Positions 27,537-37,612 of a stretch of DNA of 64,000 nt are shown piece by piece. The stretch is taken from positions 128,001 to 192,000 of the forward strand of contig JBMNFL010000001.1 of NCBI GenBank assembly GCA_050949315.1, read 5' to 3'. The translations under genes were made by a program, and so were the position numbers. Under the pieces are notes generated by a model. It was given only the letters and a program-made list of their open reading frames with translations. It searched no databases and was not told the origin of the DNA. Numbering within the stretch: the first letter of the stretch is position 1; each line of letters opens with the position of its first letter. The stretch is from Bacilli bacterium. Lineage in GTDB: Bacteria > Bacillota_I > Bacilli_A > RFN20 > UBA1709.

Positions 27537-28487
27537 ATGAAGAAAAAAATTGCCTTGAATGTGGATTTGGAGACACGGCGCTCTATTTTTGGACCAAATG
27601 ATAGTCATTTAAAATTGCTTGAATTACATTATAAAATTGAAATTAACCCTTCGGAAACCGAACTTTCGATTAACTACCGAGATGAAAAAACCTTTCAAAA
27701 GGTTGAATTAATTTTTTTGACGATTAATAAATTGATTACTTTAAATTATAATATTGATGAGCGTTTATTTACGCAGGTTATTAATTTAGCGGATAATAAC
27801 CAATTGGAACACTTTTTCAATTTACATAGTTTAGTGGTGGGACGGACTAAGAACGGTCGTTCAATTACCCCTAAAACACTAGGCCAACTCAATTATGTTG
27901 AGGCCCTAAAGAAATATGATATCGTGTTTGCAGTTGGTCCTGCGGGGACGGGCAAGACTTATCTAGCGGTAGTGGATGCCGTCACTCAGCTCAAAGAGGG
28001 AAAGGTAAAAAAGATTATTTTGACACGACCAGCGGTTGAAGCGGGCGAGAGTTTAGGTTATCTACCAGGGGATTTAAAAGAAAAGATTGATCCCTATTTG
28101 CGGCCTCTTTACGATGCCCTTTATGAGATGCTTGGTCCTGAAAATTGTGAACGCATGCTTGAAAAAGGTTTAATTGAAGTGGCCCCACTAGCCTATATGC
28201 GGGGGCGTACTCTAGAAGACGCTTATATTATTCTTGATGAGGCTCAAAACACCACCTTGTCCCAATTAAAAATGTTTTTAACCCGCCTTGGTTTTAATTC
28301 GCGAATGGTCATTACTGGTGATATTACCCAGATAGATCTTAGAGGTTCGCAATCGGGCTTGTTAAAAGTTCAGGATATTTTAGGAACAATTAAAAATATT
28401 GATTTTATCATTCTAAGCAGTAAGGATGTCAGTCGTCATCCCTTAGTCCAAGCTATTATTGAAGCCTTTGAGAAAGCGGGTTACTAA
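27537..28487 (+). CDS. phoH: PhoH family ATPase
   Basis: GPAGTGKTYLA, RPAVEAGESLGYLPG, LAYMRGRTL, LDEAQN. Confidence 0.95.
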   Translation: MKKKIALNVDLETRRSIFGPNDSHLKLLELHYKIEINPSETELSINYRDEKTFQKVELIFLTINKLITLNYNIDERLFTQVINLADNNQLEHFFNLHSLVVGRTKNGRSITPKTLGQLNYVEALKKYDIVFAVGPAGTGKTYLAVVDAVTQLKEGKVKKIILTRPAVEAGESLGYLPGDLKEKIDPYLRPLYDALYEMLGPENCERMLEKGLIEVAPLAYMRGRTLEDAYIILDEAQNTTLSQLKMFLTRLGFNSRMVITGDITQIDLRGSQSGLLKVQDILGTIKNIDFIILSSKDVSRHPLVQAIIEAFEKAGY

Positions 28488-28491
28488 AAAG

Positions 28492-28519
28492 AAAACTCAG
28501 TTATAACAACTGAGTTTTT
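28492..28519. terminator. Bidirectional terminator between phoH and cls
   Basis: AAAACTCAGTT-loop-AACTGAGTTTT. Confidence 0.8.
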
Positions 28520-30079
28520 TTACATCAATGGCGAGACTAAGCGCAAGACCAGAACGATAAACCATTTGAAGATATTGTGGTGTTCGGCATCTTCTTTTTT
28601 GATTCTCTTACAGTTCTCTAAGGTTTTTAAAAAATCATTTCTCATATCGATAACTGTTAAGTTATTGGCCAGCAAAGTACCACATTCAAAGTGATGATAG
28701 AAACTACGATAGTCTAAGTTAACGGTACCAATTGAACTTATCACATCATCAACGATCATCTGCTTAGCATGGATAAAGCCTGGACTATATTCATAGATTT
28801 TTACCCCAGCCTCCAGTAAGGAACGATAATTGTCTTTAGTAAGGAAATTAACGATTTTTTTATCGGGATTACTCGGTGTGATGATACGGACATCAATCCC
28901 GTTTTTGGCAGCTAGTACAAGTGAGTCACGGGTTTCATTATCTAAAATCAAATAGGGAGTAGTGGCATAAATATACTTTTTAGCTTGGTTTATCATGTTG
29001 ACATAGACATTGCGACCAATCGCTTCGTGATTGAGCGGTGTACTGCCATAAGGAATGACCAAACCGCTTTCTTTTAATGGGGCTTTTAAACGAGGAGAAG
29101 GTCGATAAATTTCATAATCATCATCTTCGCGGCGGTGGATGTTCCAAGATTGGAGAAACATGACTGTTAGACCCCAAACTCCCGGACCAATTAATTTAAC
29201 AGCACTATCTTTCCAATGTCCGAATTTTTGTTCAACATTGACGTATTCATCGCCAATATTAACACCACCAGTAAAACCAACATCGCCATCAATAATAGCG
29301 ATTTTGCGGTGATCACGATTGTGGAGCTGAGTTGAGAAAAAGGGCGTTAACTTATTAAAGACTACCGTTTTAATGCCAAAACGTTCTAATTCAAGGTTAT
29401 AGCGTCTTTTTAAAGTCATGGCACAGCCAAAATCATCGTAGATGACGCGAACATCTAAACCTTCTTCGGCTTTTTGTTTTAGAATCGTTAGGATATCGGT
29501 CCAAAACTCGCCTTCTTTAATAATAAAATATTCTAAAAAAATAAAGTTTTTAGCTGCTCTGAGTTCATCTAAAAGTGCTTCTTTGAAAGCCTCACCACTG
29601 GGGTAAAATTCTGCTGCTGTTTCCCGATAGGCCGCAAAAAAGTTGTTTTTCAGGTAAGATACTTCTTTTTTTATCACTTCACAGCCCAATTCTTGATTAG
29701 AGTGGTCTATATTATCGTAGTAAAGTCGACTGGTTTCTTCGATTAGTCGCGTGTTTTTGCGAATGCGCAGATTTAGATGTCTTGAATTACCGAGCATGAT
29801 AAAAAGGCCGACGCCAATAATGGGAGCAGTCAAGATAAAAATAATCCATGACATTTTAAACCCGGCATCCATATTGACACCTAATAAAACAAAGACAATT
29901 ATAAAAGCAATCACCCGCACTGCCAGTGAAATATAGGGAGAATAATTTCCCAAATAAACAATTAAATAAATAACCCAAAAAAGCTGAAAGGCGATTAATA
30001 ATCCTAGGGCAAACAATCTTGAAAAGACAATTTTATAAAGAGCTTTAAACATTTTCAACCTCACGTCCGTGCCTAACAT
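28520..30079 (-). CDS. cls: Cardiolipin synthase
   Basis: Two HKD motifs (HRKIAIIDG, HAKQMIVDD) and N-terminal TM segments. Start ATG 30079 after GAGGT. Confidence 0.93.
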   Translation of the reverse strand: MLGTDVRLKMFKALYKIVFSRLFALGLLIAFQLFWVIYLIVYLGNYSPYISLAVRVIAFIIVFVLLGVNMDAGFKMSWIIFILTAPIIGVGLFIMLGNSRHLNLRIRKNTRLIEETSRLYYDNIDHSNQELGCEVIKKEVSYLKNNFFAAYRETAAEFYPSGEAFKEALLDELRAAKNFIFLEYFIIKEGEFWTDILTILKQKAEEGLDVRVIYDDFGCAMTLKRRYNLELERFGIKTVVFNKLTPFFSTQLHNRDHRKIAIIDGDVGFTGGVNIGDEYVNVEQKFGHWKDSAVKLIGPGVWGLTVMFLQSWNIHRREDDDYEIYRPSPRLKAPLKESGLVIPYGSTPLNHEAIGRNVYVNMINQAKKYIYATTPYLILDNETRDSLVLAAKNGIDVRIITPSNPDKKIVNFLTKDNYRSLLEAGVKIYEYSPGFIHAKQMIVDDVISSIGTVNLDYRSFYHHFECGTLLANNLTVIDMRNDFLKTLENCKRIKKEDAEHHNIFKWFIVLVLRLVSPLM

Positions 30080-30176
30080 TATAACCTCTTTAATATCAAT
30101 AAACAAGATAATATTTGGGGTCTTACTATTGTTATATAGCATGTGCTATAATAACGCTGTCAAGGGAGGTGGGGTA

Positions 30177-31184
30177 ATGAAGAAACGCAACATTTTTGGA
30201 GCCATCGTTCTTACGCTTGGTTTTATCGCTTTGCTTTTTTGGCTCTATCTAAAAGTTATTGATATCGGAGATAAATTAACACTTACTTCGCCTTATTTAG
30301 CTTATGCTTTTTATGCCTTTGCTGGCATTTTTGTCCTTTATTTTATCGTTCGTCCTTTCTTTCAGGTCACTTTTGCCCCAACTTATACTTTAAAAAAGAT
30401 TCATTCCTTCAATGATCAAAAAGTGGCGGCTGCGAAGCAAAAAGAGAATTATCCTGAACTTGTTAAAGTCGCTAATCGTTTAATTTCTAAGAAGTTAATA
30501 AGCGATGAAAGCGCTAAGAATTTAAAAGCTGTACTCAAGCAAAAAGAATCCGATTTTTCTAAGAAATATGAATTGGTTCGTTTAGAAGTTAATAAGGTTA
30601 TTAAAGAAGACTTAAAGGGAGATATTAGAAAAATTATTATCAGTACAGCTCGAGATACTATGTATTTTACGGCGGTGTCTCAGAATGCCTTTGTTGATGT
30701 TATTATTGTTTTAGTTAATAATTTTAGACAGATAAAAAAGATTGTTATGCGCTGTGGTTTTCGTCCCCATTTCTTCCGTTTACTGCGCCTTTATGTCAAT
30801 GTGATGATTTCCTGTTTTGTGGCTGATGGGGCCCAAAATGTTGATTTCGGGAGCTTACTTGGTGGTAGCTTAAGAGGGGTTGATAAACCGATTATCAGTT
30901 CGGTTGTCAATGGTACGATTAATAGTTTCTTTATGTTAAGAGTGGGCTTTTTAACCCGCAATCTTATCTTTAATGAAGAGGATTTTGAAAGCAAAGAAAT
31001 CAATATTTTGAAATCTTCGTTTGTAGAAGCCGCGGCTGCCTTGCCTGAGTTAACAGTGGCGGCGATCATCAGTCCGATAATCAATGTTTTAAAAGGAACG
31101 ATTATTACTCCAACTAAGCAGCTGCTCAAAAAAGTCTTCAGTAAAGAAAGCCCTTATCCTGAATTTGAGGAAGGCAAGGGGTGA
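30177..31184 (+). CDS. YcjF/DUF697 family membrane protein
   Basis: Two N-terminal TMs; TAVSQNAFVDVIIV...CGFRP; GTINSFFMLRVG. Confidence 0.7.
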   Translation: MKKRNIFGAIVLTLGFIALLFWLYLKVIDIGDKLTLTSPYLAYAFYAFAGIFVLYFIVRPFFQVTFAPTYTLKKIHSFNDQKVAAAKQKENYPELVKVANRLISKKLISDESAKNLKAVLKQKESDFSKKYELVRLEVNKVIKEDLKGDIRKIIISTARDTMYFTAVSQNAFVDVIIVLVNNFRQIKKIVMRCGFRPHFFRLLRLYVNVMISCFVADGAQNVDFGSLLGGSLRGVDKPIISSVVNGTINSFFMLRVGFLTRNLIFNEEDFESKEINILKSSFVEAAAALPELTVAAIISPIINVLKGTIITPTKQLLKKVFSKESPYPEFEEGKG

Positions 31185-31188
31185 TAAA

Positions 31189-31746
31189 ATGCTTTACGAT
31201 AAACAATTACGGAAATTTCTGGAGCGTTATCCTGCCAGTCAATTACAAGATGTTTTCAAATTCTTCTATCAATCAATTCTGGGACCGGGGCATTTAATTG
31301 CCAGCTATCGGGATGCTTTAGAACTTTTAAAAGCCGAATGTCAAGACCTGCGTTTTATTTTCACCACACTTGAAGAGCCTTTGACTGAGGAGTTAGGTAA
31401 CGATACTATTCGGGTGAATCTTAGGCCTTATGCCTATAAAAAGTATCCCCTAGAAGTTTTGGCTCAGACTTTTTATGACTCTCAGCCTTTATATAGCACG
31501 AATCCACAGGATTTATTAGAGGCTTTGGAGGAAAATCGGGTGTCTATTTCTATCCTATTTGAGCGTTATAGCGATCAGGAGTTTGAAAGTCTTCTTCTAA
31601 CTTTAAAAGAATTTGGTTGTAAGCCATTTTCTCATTCCTTAAATTATCGCAATAATTATCAGCCACATTATCGTATTGTTAAAAAGAGTGTTTTTTTAAA
31701 ACACTTAGGAAAAGTTGAAGTTGTTAAACCAACAAATAAAATGTAG
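31189..31746 (+). CDS. Conserved hypothetical protein (last codons altered by IS insertion)
   Basis: QDVFKFFYQSILGPGHLI, RVNLRPY and FSHSLNYRNNYQPHYRIV motifs; function unknown. Confidence 0.7.
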   Translation: MLYDKQLRKFLERYPASQLQDVFKFFYQSILGPGHLIASYRDALELLKAECQDLRFIFTTLEEPLTEELGNDTIRVNLRPYAYKKYPLEVLAQTFYDSQPLYSTNPQDLLEALEENRVSISILFERYSDQEFESLLLTLKEFGCKPFSHSLNYRNNYQPHYRIVKKSVFLKHLGKVEVVKPTNKM

Positions 31747-32785
31747 TGTGATAAAACATATGTTACAGAAATAAATAAAAAAAGAGAGAGACTCTGGTAC
31801 AATAAGTTTATCCAAAAAAAGGTACCGAAAGGAGCTCTCTCATGACTAGTATAACCGAAGAAATGCGCTTTCGCCAGAAAATGTGTGAATATGCGCTCAA
31901 AAATGGTGTAACAAGAGCCGCAAGGCGTTATCACACCAACCGTCAGTTTGTTTATAGGCAATTAAACAAATATGATGGGGACATCAGAAGTCTTGCCTTA
32001 CGCTCAAGAAGACCCCTGACTAGTCCAAATGCTCATACAGATGATGAGCTGTCGCTAATTAAGCGAATGTTAAGAAGAAATGGTGTTTATGGATTGGCAG
32101 AAGTATATGTTCGATGTTGTCAAAAAGGGTATAAAAGAAGTTTTGGGAGTATGTGTCGACAAATACGAAAAAAGGGTTATAAAACCCCGGAAATTCATCG
32201 TAAGAGTTATACAAAACACGAAAGATTGGACGGAAAATATCCTGGAGACAAGGTGCAGATAGATATAAAGTATGTTCCCCTTGAATGCATAAAATTCCCA
32301 ACATATGGAGACAGATATTATCAAATCACTGGAATTGATGAGTTTAGTCGCAAAAGAATTCTCTGTATAGTCAAAGAGAAGAGTACGTACGAAACGACAA
32401 AATATCTTAAAAGCCTAGAAAAAGCCATGGGATTTCCAATTAATATGATACAAGTGGACAACGGAGCCGAATTTGTAAATGATGATGATCGTACTAATAA
32501 AACGAGTATATTTGAACTGACGGCCAATAAGTTAGGAATAAAATTAAAAAGGACGAGACCTTATTCACCGTGGCAGAACGGAAAAGTTGAAAGAAGTCAT
32601 AGAGAAGATGGAAAAATTCTGTATGGGCGAAAAATCTTTATTAGCGAGAAAGAACTTAGACAACAAGTAGCTAAACACGAGCAGCGATATAACAATACAG
32701 CTAAAACATGTCTTAACTTTAAAAGTCCTAATCAAGTTGTAACAGAATATTTCTCAAAGTGTAACATATGTCTTGACAATTAAGA
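31742..32785 (+). mobile_element. Insertion sequence, IS481/IS1202-like, 1044 bp
   Basis: Imperfect 26-bp terminal IRs sharing the core ACATATGTTACA (31756-31767 / 32760-32771). Flanked by 25-bp direct repeats at 31717-31741 and 32786-32810 (1 mismatch). Confidence 0.9.
31842..32783 (+). CDS. DDE (rve/integrase-core) transposase with N-terminal HTH
   Basis: VQIDIKYV (D), IQVDNGAEF (D), PWQNGKVERSHR (E). Confidence 0.93.
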   Translation: MTSITEEMRFRQKMCEYALKNGVTRAARRYHTNRQFVYRQLNKYDGDIRSLALRSRRPLTSPNAHTDDELSLIKRMLRRNGVYGLAEVYVRCCQKGYKRSFGSMCRQIRKKGYKTPEIHRKSYTKHERLDGKYPGDKVQIDIKYVPLECIKFPTYGDRYYQITGIDEFSRKRILCIVKEKSTYETTKYLKSLEKAMGFPINMIQVDNGAEFVNDDDRTNKTSIFELTANKLGIKLKRTRPYSPWQNGKVERSHREDGKILYGRKIFISEKELRQQVAKHEQRYNNTAKTCLNFKSPNQVVTEYFSKCNICLDN

Positions 32786-32878
32786 GAGGTTGTTAAACCA
32801 ACAAATAAAAAGACTTAAAAAAAGTTTTAGTATATAGTATAATTATGTCATATAATTAAAAAAAAGAGAGGTTTTGTT

Positions 32879-33757
32879 ATGAATAAAGTAAAAATTTTGA
32901 CAGATAGTACTAGTGATTTATATAAGGTTCCCGAACGCAATCTCTATGAAGAGATGGATTTGGATGTTATTCCTTTGTACATTAGTTTGGGCGATAAAAA
33001 TTATCGCGATGGTATTGATCTTGTCCCCGAAGAGATGTATGAATTAGTTGAGAAGGAAAAACAACTACCAAAGTCGAGTTGCAATTCCCCCGAAGAATAC
33101 ATGGCTTTTTTTAAGAAATATCTTGATCAAGGCTATGACATTGTCTTTATGGGGATAGGTGGTGAGCTGTCAGCCAGTTATCGTGTGGCTTCCTTAGTGG
33201 CAGAGGAATTTCCTAAGGGCCGAGTTTTTGTTGTTGATTCGGCAAATTTGTCCTCGGGTACTGGTCTTCTTCTATACTATGCCCACCAATTAAGAGAGCA
33301 AGGCAAATCAGCCGCCGAAATTGCTGAGGCCGTTAGTAAAATAAAAAGCCGTGTTCGTACATCTTTTGTTATTGATACGCTGGATTATCTCCATAAGGGT
33401 GGTCGCTGCAGTGGAATGGCCAAGGTTATTGGTACACTCTTATCTTTGAAACCCTTGATTCAAGTTGTAGATGGGAAACTAGTTGTTGCCGCTAAGAGTC
33501 GCGGGAAAAAGAATGGCTTAAATACGATGATCAATAATTTCCGTGTGGATTGGGAAGCCAATAATGTTTGGACAGATCGTATTATGATCACGCATACGGT
33601 CAATATGGAAGAAGCCTTATATATCCATGGGAAATTATTAGAGATGGGGGTTCCTAAATCCAGTATTGTTTTCAGTGAAGCCGGCTGTGTTATCTGTGCC
33701 CACTGTGGTCCAAAGTGCATTGGTATACTCTATCTTTTGAAGGAAGATAACAGATAG
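32879..33757 (+). CDS. DegV family fatty-acid binding protein
   Basis: ILTDSTSDL, VVDSANLSSG, LDYLHKGGRC, AHCGP. Confidence 0.93.
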   Translation: MNKVKILTDSTSDLYKVPERNLYEEMDLDVIPLYISLGDKNYRDGIDLVPEEMYELVEKEKQLPKSSCNSPEEYMAFFKKYLDQGYDIVFMGIGGELSASYRVASLVAEEFPKGRVFVVDSANLSSGTGLLLYYAHQLREQGKSAAEIAEAVSKIKSRVRTSFVIDTLDYLHKGGRCSGMAKVIGTLLSLKPLIQVVDGKLVVAAKSRGKKNGLNTMINNFRVDWEANNVWTDRIMITHTVNMEEALYIHGKLLEMGVPKSSIVFSEAGCVICAHCGPKCIGILYLLKEDNR

Positions 33758-33834
33758 AAAAGTCTGAATTTCTTCATACATTTTTCGTTTTTATGAACAA
33801 TTAAAATCTAAGGGTTAATATCTTAAAAAGATAT

Positions 33835-34033
33835 TGACTTTTAGTTTGCTTTAAGGTAAACTATACACGCTAATGATAGCAGCACGTAAACACAACCTGT
33901 CCGGAGTTAGTACCCTAAAGGTGGATTAAAGTAACCTCGCTGAAAGGTGAAATTTGTATACTAACAAACGAGTGTTTGGGGTTTATGCCGAGTTATCGTT
34001 TTAGCAAATAAAACGTACTTAGGAGGAAGAAAT
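33835..34033 (+). promoter_or_regulatory. rpsD promoter and long structured leader (probable S4 autogenous control element)
   Basis: TTGACT at 33835 with TAAACT downstream, then a ~160-nt untranslated leader. S4 leader control is established in Bacilli; the structure was not verified here. Confidence 0.55.
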
Positions 34034-34642
34034 ATGTCACGTTACACAGGTCCATCCTGGAAGGTTTCTCGGCGTTTAGGCTTTTCAATTTTGGAAAGTG
34101 GTCGGGAACTTGCCAAAAGACCTTACTATCCTGGTCAACATGGGCCAGGTAGAAGAAAAAAGACGACTGAATACGGCAAACAATTAAATGAAAAACAAAA
34201 GGTTCGCTGTATGTATGGAGTCAACGAGCGGCAGTTTGAAAGGTTGTTCATCTTGGCTAAAAAGTCCAGTGGTGTTACGGGTGTTGAGTTCTTGCGCATT
34301 CTGGAATCACGCCTTGATAACATCGTTTATCGTATGGGCTTAGCAAGAACCCGTCGTGGAGCCCGTCAGTTAGTTTGTCACGGTCATGTGCGGGTTGACG
34401 GTCAAAAGGTTGATATCCCCTCTTTCTTAGTTAAGCCGGGTCAAAAGATCAGCTTAAAGAAGAAGATAGGCGAACTAAAAGTTGTTCAAGAAGCCTTGGA
34501 AGTTGCACCAACTCTAGCGCCATTTGTCGAGTTTGATCGGGAAAAAGAAGAGGGAGTCTACCTTCGTTATCCTGAACGCAATGAACTCAATCACGAGATT
34601 GATGAAGCCTTAATTGTTGAATTCTATAACCGTAAGGTCTAA
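34034..34642 (+). CDS. rpsD: 30S ribosomal protein S4
   Basis: [35 protein letters not shown]. Confidence 0.98.
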   Translation: MSRYTGPSWKVSRRLGFSILESGRELAKRPYYPGQHGPGRRKKTTEYGKQLNEKQKVRCMYGVNERQFERLFILAKKSSGVTGVEFLRILESRLDNIVYRMGLARTRRGARQLVCHGHVRVDGQKVDIPSFLVKPGQKISLKKKIGELKVVQEALEVAPTLAPFVEFDREKEEGVYLRYPERNELNHEIDEALIVEFYNRKV

Positions 34643-34646
34643 TTAA

Positions 34647-34674
34647 GAAAAGGAAGCAAAACTTCCTTTTTTTA
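34647..34674 (+). terminator. rpsD terminator
   Basis: AAAAGGAAG-CAAAA-CTTCCTTTTTTT. Confidence 0.8.
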
Positions 34675-34742
34675 TTTTTGCTCTACCGAAAAAGAAAATA
34701 TATGCTATAATTTTCTTAATTCTAATAAGGGAGTTGTTTTTC

Positions 34743-36473
34743 ATGAATCTAAGCCAATTAAATTTTTACGCCATTACAGGCTTTTGGGGAGTTTTAGTCA
34801 TTCTTCTAGTAATTGCCTCAGTTGCTTTATTGGCTTTTGTTTGGATTCGTTTGATGACCAAACGGCAAAGATTTCAAAAAGCAATCCTCGATTTAGAAAA
34901 GAAAAAGAGTGAAATCAATTCTTTACCAATTGGTTTTAAACTTCTAAAACTTGAACGCATAGGTAATAACAACGTTGTTTATGCCGAAGTTCATCGCGAA
35001 TATAAGAAGAACTACGATGATTTAGTTAATGAATTTAACCGTGATTTTACGGCTGATTATGCCATCTGTCAACGGGAGTTAAATGAGAAAAATTATCGAA
35101 AACTGACCGAGACCTTACAAATAGTCAACAATAAGCTTGATAACTATGATGCCAAGATGAAGCAGATGAGTGAGCAGATAAGTCAATTGACCAAAGATGA
35201 AGATGAGACCAGGAAGTTAGAAGCGGAACTAAAAACGCGCAATCGTGAATGTTATGAACGCTACCAACGCAATCATCATGATTTAGATATCTTGCAGGCC
35301 GAGTTTAAAGAATACTTCCATCGGATTGATGATAAGTTCCAAACTTATGAGGAATATATGTTTAGAGGTAGTTATACTGATGCTAAAGAAATTTTAATGA
35401 TGATTAAGGACAACCTTAATGAAATTGAAAGACAAATTGAGGTTGCCCCTAAGTACACCGTGATTTTGACTAAGGAAATTCCGCAAGCTATGAATAAAGT
35501 TATCGATAAGTATAATGAAATGCAGTCTAAAAAATATCCCCTGTTCCATGTCTTAGCCAATGCGACGATTAACAATCTCAAGGATCGTTTGACGGCAATT
35601 GTCAGTCAACTAAAATCTTTTGAGTATGAGGGAATTGATGGAAAAATTGAAGACATTTATAAAGATATTGAGGGTTTAAATAAACAATTAAATGATGAGA
35701 AGAGTGCCCGAGATCGCTTTGATAATGAGCTCGATAAAGTATATGATGAGGCCGAAAATCTTGAACGCTTTTATATTAAACACATCAAGAAAGTAGCGGA
35801 ATTTAAAAAGTACTATGTAGTCAATCAAGAGCAGGATGCACTTGAGTCAAAATTAAAGCAAGAGATTCAGAAGTTATCAGTGATAAGACGCAGCCTTGAT
35901 GGTTTGAATTATGGTAATCAAGCGTATTCAACTAGAATTAATAAACTCAACGATTTAATCAATCAAGTTCGGGTGGTTGATGAGTGTAAAAACCAAATTC
36001 TCAATAATATTGAAGGGATGAAGGATAGTTCCGATAATGCCTACAATTTAGTAACGGATGGTTCAACGCGTTTACGGAATTTGGAAATCCAAGTTCGCAA
36101 CTCGCGTGTTGATAAAATTATCCAATACTTTGCTGATGATTTTGTTACAGGTTATGATCTAGTTGAAAAGCTTCAAGAACTGTTTGATAATGTTCCCGTT
36201 GAAGTTGACAAACTTCAGCTTTATCGTAGCGAACTAGTCACGCTTTTGAATAAACTGCAAAATGAGGCTGGAAGACAGATAGCTGATGCCAAATATGCTG
36301 AAAAACTTTTAATGTACGCCAATTATTTGCGGGTGGAGACGGGTGGCGATAAGCTTAGAGCCATCTCAAAGGCTGAATTATATTACTATGATGGTAAATA
36401 TGAGGATGCTATCAGAATCGCTTTGAGTTCTTTGGATAGTCTACCGAGCTTTTTAGAAAGAAATCATGAATAA
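34743..36473 (+). CDS. ezrA: Septation ring formation regulator EzrA-like protein
   Basis: N-terminal TM, long coiled-coil, C-terminal AEKLLMYANYLR; conserved rpsD-ezrA-iscS-thiI synteny. Confidence 0.75.
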   Translation: MNLSQLNFYAITGFWGVLVILLVIASVALLAFVWIRLMTKRQRFQKAILDLEKKKSEINSLPIGFKLLKLERIGNNNVVYAEVHREYKKNYDDLVNEFNRDFTADYAICQRELNEKNYRKLTETLQIVNNKLDNYDAKMKQMSEQISQLTKDEDETRKLEAELKTRNRECYERYQRNHHDLDILQAEFKEYFHRIDDKFQTYEEYMFRGSYTDAKEILMMIKDNLNEIERQIEVAPKYTVILTKEIPQAMNKVIDKYNEMQSKKYPLFHVLANATINNLKDRLTAIVSQLKSFEYEGIDGKIEDIYKDIEGLNKQLNDEKSARDRFDNELDKVYDEAENLERFYIKHIKKVAEFKKYYVVNQEQDALESKLKQEIQKLSVIRRSLDGLNYGNQAYSTRINKLNDLINQVRVVDECKNQILNNIEGMKDSSDNAYNLVTDGSTRLRNLEIQVRNSRVDKIIQYFADDFVTGYDLVEKLQELFDNVPVEVDKLQLYRSELVTLLNKLQNEAGRQIADAKYAEKLLMYANYLRVETGGDKLRAISKAELYYYDGKYEDAIRIALSSLDSLPSFLERNHE

Positions 36474-37600
36474 TGCTTTATTTTGATTATGCTGCCACCA
36501 CCCCTGTTTATCCGGAAGTTTTAAAAGCCTACCATGAACTATTAGAAAAATATTATGCCAATAGTGCTTCGGCCCATTATATGGGTTCGCAAGTGGCCTC
36601 CTTACAAAATCGGGCTCGACAACAAATTGCCGATTTGTTTGGGGTTAAAAGCAACGAGATAATTTTTACTGGTGGCGCTAGCGAAGCTAATAATCTAGCA
36701 ATCAAGGGCGTTGCCTTTCAAGCGGCCAAACGCGGCAAACATTTAATTACCACTTCTGTTGAGCATCCTTCCGTATTAAACACCTTTAAACAATTAGAAG
36801 AAGAGTTTGGTTATGAAGTAACTTATTTACCCATTGATGAGACTGGCAGGGTTCAACTAAGTGAGCTTAAAAAGGCGCTTAAAAAGACCACCACACTTGT
36901 TTCTATCATGTTTGTTAATAACGAGACTGGAGTTGTTAATCCGGTCGAAGAAATTGCCGCTTATCTTAAGGTTAATTGGCCTTTAGTTTGTTTTCATGTT
37001 GATGCCACTCAAGGAATTGCCAAAATCAAACTTGATGTTCACAATATCGATTTGTTATCTCTTTCCGCCCATAAAATCTATGGGTTGAAGGGTAGTGGCC
37101 TTCTGTTAAAGAAAGAAAAAGTTCAGCTCTTGCCTTTGATTTCGGGTGGGGAGCAAGAATTTGGTTTAAGGGCAGGTACAAGTAATTGGCCGGTTAATGT
37201 CATGCTAGCTAAGACTTTGCGCTTGGGCTTTGAAAATAGAGAGCGCAATTATCAAAAAGTTTTAAATTTTAATAAAAAAGTTCGGGCGGCCATCGCCTCT
37301 TTAGAAGGGCTTAAAATCAATTCGCCAAGTGATGCTATGCCCTATATTTTAAATGTCTCGTTTATGGAAAAAAAGGCGGGCGTCATCGCTAATTATTTTG
37401 AAAAGGAAGGAATATGCGTTTCTAGTATTAGCGCCTGTAGTAGCCAAAAGGAAATCTATAGCCCAACTATTGCGCAAATGTTTAAAGATGAGAAGCGGGC
37501 CTTATCTTCCATTCGTATTTGTTTTTCGCATTTCAATAGCGATAGTGAAATTGAAAAGTTGATAACAGTTATCAAAAAAGCCTTGAGTGCCACTAAGTAA
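36473..37600 (+). CDS. iscS: Cysteine desulfurase (IscS/NifZ)
   Basis: YFDYAATTP, EHPSV, SAHKIYGLKG, SACSS. Confidence 0.93.
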   Translation: MLYFDYAATTPVYPEVLKAYHELLEKYYANSASAHYMGSQVASLQNRARQQIADLFGVKSNEIIFTGGASEANNLAIKGVAFQAAKRGKHLITTSVEHPSVLNTFKQLEEEFGYEVTYLPIDETGRVQLSELKKALKKTTTLVSIMFVNNETGVVNPVEEIAAYLKVNWPLVCFHVDATQGIAKIKLDVHNIDLLSLSAHKIYGLKGSGLLLKKEKVQLLPLISGGEQEFGLRAGTSNWPVNVMLAKTLRLGFENRERNYQKVLNFNKKVRAAIASLEGLKINSPSDAMPYILNVSFMEKKAGVIANYFEKEGICVSSISACSSQKEIYSPTIAQMFKDEKRALSSIRICFSHFNSDSEIEKLITVIKKALSATK

Positions 37601-37612
37601 GGGGATAAGAAG

